Shown one piece after another: positions 1-9,482 of a stretch of 64,000 bases of DNA. The DNA comes from Treponemataceae bacterium (GTDB lineage Bacteria > Spirochaetota > Spirochaetia > Treponematales > Rectinemataceae): NCBI GenBank assembly GCA_963677895.2, contig CAXXGJ010000006.1, positions 32,001 through 96,000 on the forward strand, written 5' to 3'. A model generated the notes under the pieces. It worked only from the letters and a program-made list of their open reading frames with translations, was not told the origin of the DNA and did no database searches. Made by a program: the position numbers and the translations under genes. Positions within the stretch are counted from its first letter, which is position 1. Every line of letters starts with the position of its first letter.

Positions 1-881
1 TCGAAAGGTCCATGGGAGCGCAGAATATTGAAGAAATCGAGAACGGCGGGCGCCGCAGGCGCAGTTGACGTCCCAGGCGCAGCCGCCTGCGCGAGCTTCG
101 TCCCGAATGCCCCGAGCATGGAAAGGGAAAGGGCGCGACGTTGCTCGCCCCTCGTGAAGCGCAGATAGAAACGATTCTCGACATAGGCCTTGAAGGATTC
201 TTTCTCGCCCTTGCGGCCGGGATCGGCCTCGTCCGAACAGGCCGCCCTCTCGTTGACGGGCGATATGGCCTTGCGCGTGGCGACATCAAGACGCTTGTAG
301 TCTTCCTCGATGCAATAGGCGTTGGAAATGGCGTCGCGGCGCGGAATGGAGCGCCAGGCCCAGCGATGCCCCGCCGTCTCGAGGATATAGGCGCTCGAGG
401 GATCGGCGATTATGAAGCTGTTGTCATAATAAAGGGAGCCCTTGAGGGCGCCGTTGCCGCCCTGCTCGTACTTTTCGACGAAGGCGCAGATGAAATCCAC
501 GGCTTCCTTGGCCGTCGACGAGGCGCCCAGGGCCGCCCGCAGGATATCCATGCCCAGCACGCCGTCTTTGGCCGGCTTGTAGCGCGAGAAGACCGCCTCG
601 TTGCCGATGGCGACGCCCTTCTCGTTCAGCCCCATCTCCCCGCCCGCCATCCAGGATGGCTTCGAGAGCGTGAAGGCCAGCCCGGCGTCGCTCAACGGGA
701 AAGTCTTGCCGCCCAGGACAACCTGCCCGGAAGCAGGCCTGCGCGGGACGACGCAGAGGGTCTGCGGCTCGTCCGGTTGCCTGTCGGAATTCTTGCCGAA
801 GAAAGAGCCCGCGAATACGATGTCCGCGCTAACGCCCTTGCCGGCGGCCTCGCCGACTGCGCAATAGAAAGTATCGCACAT
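1..881 (-). CDS. Peptidase C69 / secernin-like Ntn-hydrolase (3' end runs off window)
   Basis: Not in ORF track. Manual translation from ATG at 881 (GGAG RBS upstream) gives MCDTFYC...FGKNSDRQPDEPQ...KPSWMAGGEMGLNEKGVAIGNEAVFS...LGMDILR, the N-terminal Cys and motifs of the secernin/C69 family. Confidence 0.8.
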   Translation of the reverse strand, partial: MCDTFYCAVGEAAGKGVSADIVFAGSFFGKNSDRQPDEPQTLCVVPRRPASGQVVLGGKTFPLSDAGLAFTLSKPSWMAGGEMGLNEKGVAIGNEAVFSRYKPAKDGVLGMDILRAALGASSTAKEAVDFICAFVEKYEQGGNGALKGSLYYDNSFIIADPSSAYILETAGHRWAWRSIPRRDAISNAYCIEEDYKRLDVATRKAISPVNERAACSDEADPGRKGEKESFKAYVENRFYLRFTRGEQRRALSLSMLGAFGTKLAQAAAPGTSTAPAAPAVLDFFNILRSHGPF

Positions 882-967
882 TTGTAATCTCCCAACGCTC
901 AATGTAAAGCTTCCTGGCCGACGGCGCAAGGAGGAAAAATTCCCGGCCTCCCGCCGCCCCGTCTCGG

Positions 968-996
968 TTGACTCGAAAGAGCGCCGAAAGCATACT
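968..996 (+). promoter_or_regulatory. Putative sigma70 promoter for the TPR-GT2-acyltransferase operon
   Basis: TTGACT (968-973), 17-bp spacer, CATACT (991-996), just upstream of ATG 1006. Confidence 0.5.
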
Positions 997-1005
997 CTAT
1001 GGACG

Positions 1006-1836
1006 ATGATCGGCAGCATGTTCCGCGGGCTTTCTCTCGTCCTCGCCATCGTCTCTCTCGGCGCGGGACAAATCCCCGCTCAAGCCCTCACGGGCAAGCT
1101 CGCCCTCTCCCCACGCTCCCCTGCCGGACGCCCCCTTCCCGCCGAGACCGACCCTCGTTTTGTCGCTTCCCTCTACGGACTAAGAGATGCGGTTTACAAC
1201 GGCGCCCAGCCCGGCGAGGTCGAAAAGACGGCCCAAAGCCTCATCGAAGAGACGAAAATCCAAGCCCTCGGAGAAATCGACCGCTTCCTCATCCTCGCGC
1301 GGATCGAATACCTTCTGGCCCGTTCCTGGAACGAAGCAGGCGATAAAAAGAAAGCGATGCTCCATTTCGAAGCTGCCATGGACAACGCACTCCTCTCCAT
1401 GACATCGGGTGAACATCCCGCCGGCGTCATGGCGCTCACCAAGCCCCTTTCGGAACTCTGTCTTCTCAAGAATATGGGTTTTCTGATCGCGAACGGCCCC
1501 AAAATCTCCAGGAACGCGAAAAAAATCCTCGACATGGATGCGGGACATCCGGGAGCCCTCATCATCCTCGCCAACGCCAAGGCATACCCGCCGGCCATCT
1601 TCGGCGGAAACCCCAAGGAAGCCATAGAAGAGATGGAAGCCCTCCTCAAGGCTCGCGAGGAAGGTTTCGAGAAGGATGACCTCTTCGACATAAGGACCTG
1701 CGTCGCCACGGCCCTCCTCAAGCTCGGCCGCGAGGACGAGGCGCGATTCTGGTTCGAGGCTGCCCTCGAACTCTATCCGGGCAACAAATACGCCCTCGTC
1801 GAACTCTCGAAAACGAAGACAAAGGCGAAGCCATGA
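1006..1836 (+). CDS. Secreted TPR-like helical-repeat protein
   Basis: 276 aa; N-terminal signal peptide; TPR-like C-terminus (LGREDEARFWFEAALELYPGN); ATGA overlap with the next gene. Confidence 0.75.
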   Translation: MIGSMFRGLSLVLAIVSLGAGQIPAQALTGKLALSPRSPAGRPLPAETDPRFVASLYGLRDAVYNGAQPGEVEKTAQSLIEETKIQALGEIDRFLILARIEYLLARSWNEAGDKKKAMLHFEAAMDNALLSMTSGEHPAGVMALTKPLSELCLLKNMGFLIANGPKISRNAKKILDMDAGHPGALIILANAKAYPPAIFGGNPKEAIEEMEALLKAREEGFEKDDLFDIRTCVATALLKLGREDEARFWFEAALELYPGNKYALVELSKTKTKAKP

Positions 1837-2972
1837 GCCTCGAAACCATCGTCACCGCCTACGCCATGGCCACCGCGGTCGCGGGCGTCTACATCTTCGT
1901 CGTCACCGCCCTGAACACGGCCTGGATGATGCACGCGAGCATCGGCAACCCCAGGAAGACAGGCCCCCTCGTCAGCCTCCTCGTACCGGCGCGCAACGAG
2001 GAAACCCACCTCGCGGCCTGCCTCGACTCCCTCGTCGCCCAGAACTATGAAAACCTGGAAATCATCGTCTACGACGACGACTCCACAGACGGGACGAAGA
2101 AAATCCTCGATCAATACGTGAAGCGATACCCCGGCCTCGTCCGCGCCATCGGCGGAAAACTCGAGCCGGGCTGGTACGGAAAACCCCTCGCCCTCCAGCG
2201 CCTGTCGGAAGCGGCCTCGGGCTCCTGGCTCTACTTCACCGACGCCGACACCATCCACGAGCCTGACTCGGTGGGCTTCGCCCTCGGCAGCGCCGAACTC
2301 TACAAGGCCGACCTCGTCTCGGGCTACGTGCGCAACAAAATCGGCAGCTTCGGCGAGGGACAGGTGGTCCCCGCCATCTACCTCCTCACCATGGTGGCCA
2401 TGCCCCTCTGGCTCGTCCACCTCGCCAAGTCCCCCGTCATCTCGCACGCCATCGGACAAGCCATGCTCTTCAGGGCGTCCATGTACGAAAAAGTCGGCGG
2501 CTACGACGCGGTGAAGCACAAGGTGTCGGAAGACGTCCACATGGCGAGACTCGTGAAAAAACATGGCGGCAAGGTCCTCTTCACCGACCTCAAGGAACAT
2601 ATCGCCTGCAGGATGTACAGCGATTACCGAAGCGCCATCGACGGCCTCTCGAAGAATGTCTACGACTACTTCAACAAGAACATCTTCGTCCTCGTGGCCG
2701 TGACCGTCCTCGTCCCTCTCGTCTTCTTTGTCCCCATTCTCGGCTCGATCTGGCTCCCCGCCTTCCTGATCCAGGCCCAGCCCTGGTTCCGCCTCGGCTG
2801 CCTCTTTCTCGTATCGGCCTGGGGCCTGCTGACCATGGAACGCCTGCTGCCCTGGTACGTCCCCCTCATCTACCCCCTCATCCTCGTCAACGTCCTCTCC
2901 ACCGCGTGGAGAGCCTGCAGGCTCTTCGCCACGGGCAAGGCCGTCGAATGGAAGGGAAGGATGGTGAAATAG
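1833..2972 (+). CDS. Glycosyltransferase family 2, membrane-bound (CrtQ/CruC/HpnB-like lipid glycosyltransferase type)
   Basis: VSLLVPARNEE, DDDSTDGT, PGWYGKP, FTDAD, VSEDV, CRMY motifs; N- and C-terminal TM helices. Confidence 0.88.
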   Translation: MSLETIVTAYAMATAVAGVYIFVVTALNTAWMMHASIGNPRKTGPLVSLLVPARNEETHLAACLDSLVAQNYENLEIIVYDDDSTDGTKKILDQYVKRYPGLVRAIGGKLEPGWYGKPLALQRLSEAASGSWLYFTDADTIHEPDSVGFALGSAELYKADLVSGYVRNKIGSFGEGQVVPAIYLLTMVAMPLWLVHLAKSPVISHAIGQAMLFRASMYEKVGGYDAVKHKVSEDVHMARLVKKHGGKVLFTDLKEHIACRMYSDYRSAIDGLSKNVYDYFNKNIFVLVAVTVLVPLVFFVPILGSIWLPAFLIQAQPWFRLGCLFLVSAWGLLTMERLLPWYVPLIYPLILVNVLSTAWRACRLFATGKAVEWKGRMVK

Positions 2973-2974
2973 GC

Positions 2975-3709
2975 ATGGCGTACAAAAGAGGAAAGCCCCT
3001 GATGATAAAAAAGCCGCCATTCCTGGCGGCTTCCTATCTGCTCTGTTGGCTTGTCGCGCTCGTCGGCTGGCCCGTCGTCCAAGCCTGGTACGGCTATACC
3101 GTGAAAGGCAGGCAAAATCTGAAAAAGACAGGCCGGCGGCCCCTCATCTTCGTCAGCAACCACTCCCTGCCCCTGGACAGCCTCATACACGGCCTTTCCA
3201 TCCTGCCGGGCTTCACCTACTTCACCATCATCGAGGAAACCGTCATGACGCCCATCCTCGGCACCCTCGTCCGCCTCCTGGGAGGCATCCCCATGCCTAC
3301 CGATTCGGCGCGGCTCAAGGACATCGACGAAGCCATGGACAGCGCGCTCGCGATCCGCGGACGCGTCTATTTCTACGCCGAAGGGGAATGCTTCCTCCTC
3401 AACCAGGAGATCAAACCCTTCAAGGCGGGCGCCTTCTACTACGCCATCAGGAACAAGGCTCTCATCGTCCCCGTCGTCACCGTGCTCAAGCGCCCGAAGC
3501 GGCGCGTCCGCCCCTCCGTCCATATCCTTCCCGCCCTGGAAGCGCCCGCCCCCACCGGCCACGCCGCCACTGACCTCCACAACGCCATCGTCCTCTCGAA
3601 GCGCGTCCGCGCCGACATGCAGGCCCTCATCGACGCGGAGGGCGGCGACAAAAGCCTCTACCGCGGCCCCATGCCCCGCATTCGCGGCGTCAACGACCGC
3701 GAACGATAG
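2975..3709 (+). CDS. Lysophospholipid/PlsC-family acyltransferase
   Basis: NHSLPLD (HX4D), FYAEG, PFKAGAF and IVPV motifs; start taken at ATG 2975 just after the GT2 stop. Confidence 0.85.
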   Translation: MAYKRGKPLMIKKPPFLAASYLLCWLVALVGWPVVQAWYGYTVKGRQNLKKTGRRPLIFVSNHSLPLDSLIHGLSILPGFTYFTIIEETVMTPILGTLVRLLGGIPMPTDSARLKDIDEAMDSALAIRGRVYFYAEGECFLLNQEIKPFKAGAFYYAIRNKALIVPVVTVLKRPKRRVRPSVHILPALEAPAPTGHAATDLHNAIVLSKRVRADMQALIDAEGGDKSLYRGPMPRIRGVNDRER

Positions 3710-3718
3710 GAACTGGCG

Positions 3719-3832
3719 GACAGGATAACAGAATGAGCAGGATTTATGGGAATAGGAATAGGTAAAGAGAGAAATTTCGATTCTTTACTAAAAGCTTATT
3801 CCTGTTAGTCCTGACGGTCCTGTTATCCTATC
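3719..3832. repeat. Long imperfect inverted repeat (about 114-nt hairpin) built from CAGGA-type units
   Basis: Arm 3719-3756 (gacaggataacagaatgagcaggatttatgggaatagg) pairs with 3795-3832 (cttattcctgttagtcctgacggtcctgttatcctatc); inner stem gtaaaga/tctttac. Confidence 0.6.
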
Positions 3833-3876
3833 TAAAAGATAAATAATGCGGTCTGAACTTAATTTTCAACTTTCTC

Positions 3877-3924
3877 CAAATTATCGGCAATATTTATTGC
3901 AAATTGCCGTTTATTTGATATACT
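3877..3924 (+). promoter_or_regulatory. Promoter with overlapping inverted-repeat operator upstream of the AbiE-like antitoxin
   Basis: TTGCAA (3897-3902)-16 bp-TATACT (3919-3924); inverted repeat caaattatcggcaat / attgccgtttatttg (13/15) straddles the -35. Confidence 0.5.
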
Positions 3925-3932
3925 TATATGAT

Positions 3933-4667
3933 ATGAAGCCTCTTGAAAAGCAAATTCTTTCATTTGCTCGATTAAGAAATACCTTTACCGTACAGGAGAT
4001 TCGAGCGCTCGTTGCTTCAATAAGTCCAAACACCCCAGATGCTACGATTTTATGGCGTTTATACGATATGACCTACAGAGGAGCATTACGCAGAATCGGG
4101 CGAGGGAAATATGCCATCCCGGAAAGAGGAGTATTTTCTTTTTCGCCTGGTGAAAAGCTTTGCGGCAAAGCACGTGCTGTTATGAAAGCTTTTCCATACA
4201 CGGCTTTTTGTATTTGGGATATTGAAATACTCAATTCTTTTTCCCGGCATCAATTTTCTACTACGTTCGATATTATAGAAATCGAGAAAGTTGCGGTTAC
4301 TTCAGTGCAAGAATTTCTTGAGGAATATGCGCCGCCATGTGTGCTGGAAAATTCATTGCAGCATGTTCGGTATGATGATTTTAACCAGAGGCGATATATT
4401 GTAGTAAAATCACTTATTGGAGAATCGCCACTGGAACACTATCAGGATGTCCCAATCCCTTCAATTGAAAAAATGATTGTGGATCTTTACTGTGGTGGTC
4501 CCTTGTTTTCCTTTCTACAGGGTAATGAATCGTTAACGATCATCGAAACAATGATGATTAGTTACACGATCAATGCCAGCACACTTATTCGATATGCATC
4601 ACGTAGGGGAAAGAAAAAAGAAATTCAGAGCATTATGTCCAAATTTATGGCAATTGATGTGAAATAG
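3933..4667 (+). CDS. AbiEi-like type IV antitoxin / wHTH regulator (DUF6577-like)
   Basis: N-terminal wHTH (LRRIGRGKY), C-terminal PSIEKMIVDL and RYASRRGK; directly upstream of an AbiEii gene; start placed at ATG 3933 downstream of the promoter. Confidence 0.7.
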   Translation: MKPLEKQILSFARLRNTFTVQEIRALVASISPNTPDATILWRLYDMTYRGALRRIGRGKYAIPERGVFSFSPGEKLCGKARAVMKAFPYTAFCIWDIEILNSFSRHQFSTTFDIIEIEKVAVTSVQEFLEEYAPPCVLENSLQHVRYDDFNQRRYIVVKSLIGESPLEHYQDVPIPSIEKMIVDLYCGGPLFSFLQGNESLTIIETMMISYTINASTLIRYASRRGKKKEIQSIMSKFMAIDVK

Positions 4668-4702
4668 TGCCGTTAATTTGAATATTTAAAATGAGGTACT
4701 AA

Positions 4703-5767
4703 TTGATCAGTAGGCTGCAATTGAATCGGGAAGAGCTTGAAAGAATCTCGGTAGGGATTCCGGAATTGCTACAACCTCGGCTCTTGGAAAAGGTGTATCG
4801 AGCGCTCTCATTGCTGGAAGGGCTGTCCTTGTCAAAACTCGATTTCGTTTTCAAGGGCGGAACTGCGGTCATGTTGCTGTTGGATCAAGCGCAGAGATTT
4901 TCTATCGATATTGATATTATTCATGATACTCCTCTTGATTTTGGAGTACTCGAAAAGATATCGCTTGAGAGCGGTTTCCTTGGAGTTGAAGAACAAAAGC
5001 GGCAGAGTTCCTTCGGCATCAAAAAGTCCCATTACAAATTTTTGTACAAACCGATTTTATCGACCGGAAGTGACCAAGAAGCAATTCTCCTCGATATTCT
5101 GCATGATAAAAATCCTTACCCAAGCCTGAGAGATACATCGATCACGTTGTCGTTTTTTCCCATTGCTGGCGATCCAGTCTCGGTTAAAACGCCAACAATT
5201 GACGGTATCTGCGGCGATAAGCTTACTGCCTTTGCGCCCAATACCCTGGGAATTCCTTATATGAAAGCGGGATCTTCATCTACTCTGGAGATTATAAAAC
5301 AACTTTTCGATGTGGGAATCCTTTTTGAAAAGGTGTCCGATATAGGTGCTGTTGGAAGATCCTATGTTGAGATCGGGCAACAGGAGGCGGCATACAGAGG
5401 AAGGGTGTTTTCATTGGAAGAATCGATTAGAGACACCATACAAACAGCACTCAGCATCTCCACGGCGGGTGCGTTGGGAGAAGGTAATTATTCCGAGTTG
5501 CGAAAAGGGATTAAAGGGTTAAGACAATTTGTGTTTTCTCATCGATACGGATTATCCCATGCCGTAACTCACGCTGCTCGTGCCGCGTACTTGGCTGCAT
5601 GCATTTTGCATAATGAAAACATTATCACTCGATATGACAAGTCGATGGATCTAAACCCTCTCTTTACCGGGAAAAAGCCCCTTGATCTGTTGAAGAAGAC
5701 AAATCCAGAGGCATTTTATTACTGGTATCAGATAGAAAAGTTAATAATCAGGGGCTTACCTCTATGA
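4703..5767 (+). CDS. AbiEii/AbiGii-family nucleotidyltransferase toxin
   Basis: FVFKGGTA, RFSIDIDI, DKLTAFAP, KQLFDV motifs; lower GC than flanks. Confidence 0.85.
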   Translation: MISRLQLNREELERISVGIPELLQPRLLEKVYRALSLLEGLSLSKLDFVFKGGTAVMLLLDQAQRFSIDIDIIHDTPLDFGVLEKISLESGFLGVEEQKRQSSFGIKKSHYKFLYKPILSTGSDQEAILLDILHDKNPYPSLRDTSITLSFFPIAGDPVSVKTPTIDGICGDKLTAFAPNTLGIPYMKAGSSSTLEIIKQLFDVGILFEKVSDIGAVGRSYVEIGQQEAAYRGRVFSLEESIRDTIQTALSISTAGALGEGNYSELRKGIKGLRQFVFSHRYGLSHAVTHAARAAYLAACILHNENIITRYDKSMDLNPLFTGKKPLDLLKKTNPEAFYYWYQIEKLIIRGLPL

Positions 5768-5819
5768 GATCCTCCGTCAAATGGCTTTCGATTTTTCTCA
5801 TGATATCCCTGATTTTCAA

Positions 5820-7634
5820 CTACATGAACACCTTGCAGCTCAGCTCCAGCACGTTCTTCCATTCGGCCTCGGGCAGGACGGCACCGCCTCTCGTGCCGTC
5901 CTCCCACCAGGTGTAGGAAAGCCCGTAGCCAGCCCCGAACTCGAGGGGGACCTTAGCCCCCAGAATCTCAGGCGCCTTGGCCGGCCTCCAGTAGACCTTG
6001 AACTTCGCGATATGGTTGTAGTCGTAGATGCCGTCGTGGAGGAAGTCCTTGTAATAATCGGAAACCCCGCCGGCGCCATAGTCCAAATGGTCTTCCACGT
6101 CGCCGTAGATCAGATGATTCGTCGTGACATAATTGGGATTATCCCCATGGCGAATGAAGCTGTACTGGAAATCGGCGCGCCAGTCGGCCGCGAGCCTGGT
6201 GTCGAGCTTGAGCAGCAGTTCGTCGGAGTTGGGTTTTAGATGATAGCCCAGGTTTTCGCCATCATTGGTATAGTTCGTGTTGACCCGCAACCGCGTATCG
6301 CTGTTCCATGTGGGTGGGTGGGTATAGACGAAAGGCTCGATCTTCGTGTACTGGGCAGTGAGCGACGCAAAGGGAAGCCAAGGAACATCGAGCTTTACCC
6401 CGCCCTGATAGGCGAACATGTTGCGCGCCTTGCTGAACCATTCATCGAAACCGGAAAGCTCCATCTCGTCGATATAGAGAGAAGCGTAGACTTTGCCTAT
6501 CCGTTTCAGGAAAACCTGTATGTCCCCGCCCAAGCTCATGTTGTCAACGTCGGACTGCGTTACCTGATACTCGACGGCGAACATCATCGGCGAAAGGTAG
6601 CCCAGCTCGAGACGCTTGGCGCCTATCATCGAGCCCGAGGCCGAAAGACTGAGCCACTCGAAGGGAAAGAGCTCCAGCCGCTGGATGGCGAACATTTTCT
6701 GTTCGGTGACCGCCGTGGGATTGCCGTCGGCGTCGGTAGCCGTCGAACGGTCGGCGCCGCCTTTCTCCCAGTTGCCCAGGGAACCGACCAAATGGGAAAT
6801 CGCGAAGATTTCCGATGGCCTGAACTGGACTTCCAACCCCATGAAGGGCCGAGCCGTGCCCGAAAGCGCGAGAGAGCCGGAGCCCACGCCCCAGTCGCGG
6901 CGGAAGCGGGAGAGGCGGAATCTGAAAGCCCCCGAAGCCGTCGCCCCGGCGATGTCGCTGCGGAGATCGAAGCTCCAGGTTGGGTAGGCTTCCTCCCCGT
7001 CGGTCGTGGGAGAGGTCGAGACTTTGTTGTGGGAGGTATCCCACTCCTTGGTGAAGGAATAGGGCATGTAGAGGTCGCGGTTCACCTTGTCGTAGGTTAT
7101 TCCGATCGTGCCCCAGAGGGAGAGCCAGGGCTCGGGATAGAGCTTCACGTAGGGCTGAACGAGGGAGTTGAGGTGCCAGAGATCGGCCACGTCGCCGGAC
7201 CATGCGCCGCCCGTCCCGCCCGTGGCGAGGTCCGCGATGCCGGCGGCATCGAAGCGCCCGGTGGCCTCGATATGGCCGCCCACCGCCGCCTTGGCGTTGG
7301 GCGCCTTCCAGAGAGCCTGCCCGATATCGCCCCGCGCGCCATCCTCGAACTCGGCGGCGATGCCCCGTATTTCGGCCCGCTCAACGGGGGAAAAAGCGTC
7401 CATATGCGCCTGGATAGTCGCGAGGAACTCGGCCACCTGCGCCCTCGTGTAGGGCTTCACCGACGAAAGCCGCGTCAGCACGCCGCGCAGCTCGGCGGTC
7501 TCGATGACGCCGTACACAGGATGCCCCAGCTCGACGGCGAGATGGGACTGGGCGCCGACGCCCGGCGCCGCCATGAAACCAAGCGCGAAGACCAGCATGG
7601 CGCCAATAATCCATCTAAACATATTTTTGGCCAT
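5820..7634 (-). CDS. Outer-membrane beta-barrel, capsule-assembly Wzi-like
   Basis: Signal peptide, helical N-domain (KPYTRAQV), WGVGSGSLALS motif, amphipathic strands, C-terminal aromatic residue; lies at the end of the polysaccharide locus. Confidence 0.62.
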   Translation of the reverse strand: MAKNMFRWIIGAMLVFALGFMAAPGVGAQSHLAVELGHPVYGVIETAELRGVLTRLSSVKPYTRAQVAEFLATIQAHMDAFSPVERAEIRGIAAEFEDGARGDIGQALWKAPNAKAAVGGHIEATGRFDAAGIADLATGGTGGAWSGDVADLWHLNSLVQPYVKLYPEPWLSLWGTIGITYDKVNRDLYMPYSFTKEWDTSHNKVSTSPTTDGEEAYPTWSFDLRSDIAGATASGAFRFRLSRFRRDWGVGSGSLALSGTARPFMGLEVQFRPSEIFAISHLVGSLGNWEKGGADRSTATDADGNPTAVTEQKMFAIQRLELFPFEWLSLSASGSMIGAKRLELGYLSPMMFAVEYQVTQSDVDNMSLGGDIQVFLKRIGKVYASLYIDEMELSGFDEWFSKARNMFAYQGGVKLDVPWLPFASLTAQYTKIEPFVYTHPPTWNSDTRLRVNTNYTNDGENLGYHLKPNSDELLLKLDTRLAADWRADFQYSFIRHGDNPNYVTTNHLIYGDVEDHLDYGAGGVSDYYKDFLHDGIYDYNHIAKFKVYWRPAKAPEILGAKVPLEFGAGYGLSYTWWEDGTRGGAVLPEAEWKNVLELSCKVFM

Positions 7635-7699
7635 TGTTTTTCCTTATCAAAAAATCTCGGATGAAGTATAGCACCAATAAAAAACCTTGGCAGCACGGC

Positions 7700-7735
7700 A
7701 AAAAAAAAGCCGCCCGCGAACGCGTCGCGGGCAGC
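7700..7735 (-). terminator. Rho-independent terminator
   Basis: On the minus strand, stem gctgcccgcga / tcgcgggcggc with a 5-nt loop followed by U9, just after the stop of 7762-8394. Confidence 0.8.
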
Positions 7736-7761
7736 CTTTCCAAAAGCGAATCTATAGTTGT

Positions 7762-8394
7762 CTACATCGGCACGGCATCCTTGCCGAAAAGAGTATCGGT
7801 ACAGCCGAATAGAATATCGGCCAGATGAACCCGCAAGGCGCCGGCGCCGGGGTTATGATCCGCCCCGGCATCATTGGGCTCATCCTCGCCGCAGTCTTTC
7901 TCAAGACCGCTGAAGGTTTTGGCGGCCACGAACATGGCGCCGGGAAGGGCGAGCAGGGCTTCACGCCTGGCTTCCACGGGATTTTTCACGAAGGTAAGGC
8001 CGTGCCGCTCGCAGGAATAGTCGAAAAGAAAATCGAGCTCGGCGGGACCTTCAAGCACCAGGATGTCGAAGCCTTCCTTCGAAAGCCGAAGGACGAAGGC
8101 GTCGATCTTGTCGCGATAGAGGGAGGCGCTCCGCACCGCCCGCGTGAAGTAGGAGAGCGAACGGCGCAGCACCTCCTCCATGCCGTCGGAGGTGAGGATA
8201 TAGCGCAGGCTGCGCCCCGAAAGGTGCATCAGCTTGACCCAGCCCCGCTCGATAAAACGCTTCAGGAGGGCGTTCGTCATCCCCAGGGATAGACCTGAGG
8301 CTCCGGCGAGGTCGCGCTGCGAAGTGGTAGCGGAATCGTCCTGTTTTGAGTAGATGGTTTCAAGGAGTTGAAGCTCTGTATCGTTGGGAGTCAT
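7762..8394 (-). CDS. Winged-helix (MarR-like, EPS-associated) transcriptional regulator
   Basis: SQRDLAGASGLSLGMTNALLKRFIERGWVK...YILTSDG, typical of EPS-locus wHTH regulators. Confidence 0.8.
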   Translation of the reverse strand: MTPNDTELQLLETIYSKQDDSATTSQRDLAGASGLSLGMTNALLKRFIERGWVKLMHLSGRSLRYILTSDGMEEVLRRSLSYFTRAVRSASLYRDKIDAFVLRLSKEGFDILVLEGPAELDFLFDYSCERHGLTFVKNPVEARREALLALPGAMFVAAKTFSGLEKDCGEDEPNDAGADHNPGAGALRVHLADILFGCTDTLFGKDAVPM

Positions 8395-9482
8395 GTTCCC
8401 TTAGGATGGAGAGAGATGGCGAAGCGAAATAAAAGGCCTAAGATCATCAAGGATATTATTTCAACGGGGAAAGAAAGATATGCGGGCAACTTACTTGCGA
8501 CAATAAATACTATTGCCAGGCAAGCTGCCGCCGCATAGAGGATACCGAGTATATTGATCAGTCTGTAACCGCTATCGAAAAAGCGATGATGAATATGAAG
8601 CCTGTCGGGAGTGGCGATGCTCACATGCGCCGCAACCCTTCGAACGATTGCGCATAACGTATCGATCGTGGGAATGGCGAGGAGGACGAAGGCCGGAAGC
8701 AGCCCTATCGTTTTCATGGTCGCGCCGCCCGATTGGCCAATGAAGGGTATGACGGAAAGCGAAAAGCCAAGGAAGAGACTCCCCGAATCGCCCATGAACA
8801 TCTTGGCCCTGGGCGCCGGAAAGTTGACGATAAGGAATCCCGCGATCGCTCCCGCGAGCATGATGCAGAGGAAACTCGCGGCCGCATCGCCGGCAAGGTA
8901 GTAAAATGCCGCGTAGGCGATCGACGCGATAAAGGATAGCCCGCCGGCGAGACCGTCCAATCCATCGATGAGATTGATCGCGTTGGTTACTCCAACGATC
9001 CACAGGACGCTGATGATGGAGGAGAACCACCCAAGGCTGCCCGCAAGCGCGTCGGGAGCGTAGCCGAAACCCTGGAAGCGATACCCACCGCCTGCCACGA
9101 CGACGAGCGCGGCGCTAATCTGAAATATAAGCTTGGTTCTCGCCTTCACGCCTTTTACGTCATCGACGAGTCCGATAGCGTGGACAAGCGCCGCGCCAAT
9201 TATAAAGGGCGTGAGGCTCGCGACTCGCCCGGAAAACTGACGGTAAAGTTCCACCTCGGCGATCAAGGGATAGGCTATCGCCGCGATGAAGAAAGCCCAG
9301 AACATGCCTACGCCGCCAAGGCGCGGGATTTGGCCGGTGTGGATCTTTCGTTTCCCCAGGCTGTCATAAAGTTCGTTCCTGGCGGCAAAATCCATTATAA
9401 AGGGCATAGCGCTCGCGGAAAGAGCCGTCGAAAGGATTATAGTTGTCCACTGCACAGTTTTCCTCTTTTTTAGCTCAGCCAA
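8391..9482 (-). CDS. WecA/TagO-like undecaprenyl-phosphate GlcNAc-1-phosphate transferase (MraY family)
   Basis: KIHTGQIPRLGG, GLVDD, NAINLIDGLDGLA, FMGDSGS, PDRLHIHH motifs; polytopic membrane protein. Confidence 0.9.
   Translation of the reverse strand: MAELKKRKTVQWTTIILSTALSASAMPFIMDFAARNELYDSLGKRKIHTGQIPRLGGVGMFWAFFIAAIAYPLIAEVELYRQFSGRVASLTPFIIGAALVHAIGLVDDVKGVKARTKLIFQISAALVVVAGGGYRFQGFGYAPDALAGSLGWFSSIISVLWIVGVTNAINLIDGLDGLAGGLSFIASIAYAAFYYLAGDAAASFLCIMLAGAIAGFLIVNFPAPRAKMFMGDSGSLFLGFSLSVIPFIGQSGGATMKTIGLLPAFVLLAIPTIDTLCAIVRRVAAHVSIATPDRLHIHHRFFDSGYRLINILGILYAAAACLAIVFIVASKLPAYLSFPVEIISLMILGLLFRFAISLHPKGT

Noticed and set aside
141..887. 248-aa plus-strand ORF
   Set aside because: Antisense shadow of the C69 peptidase; no motifs.
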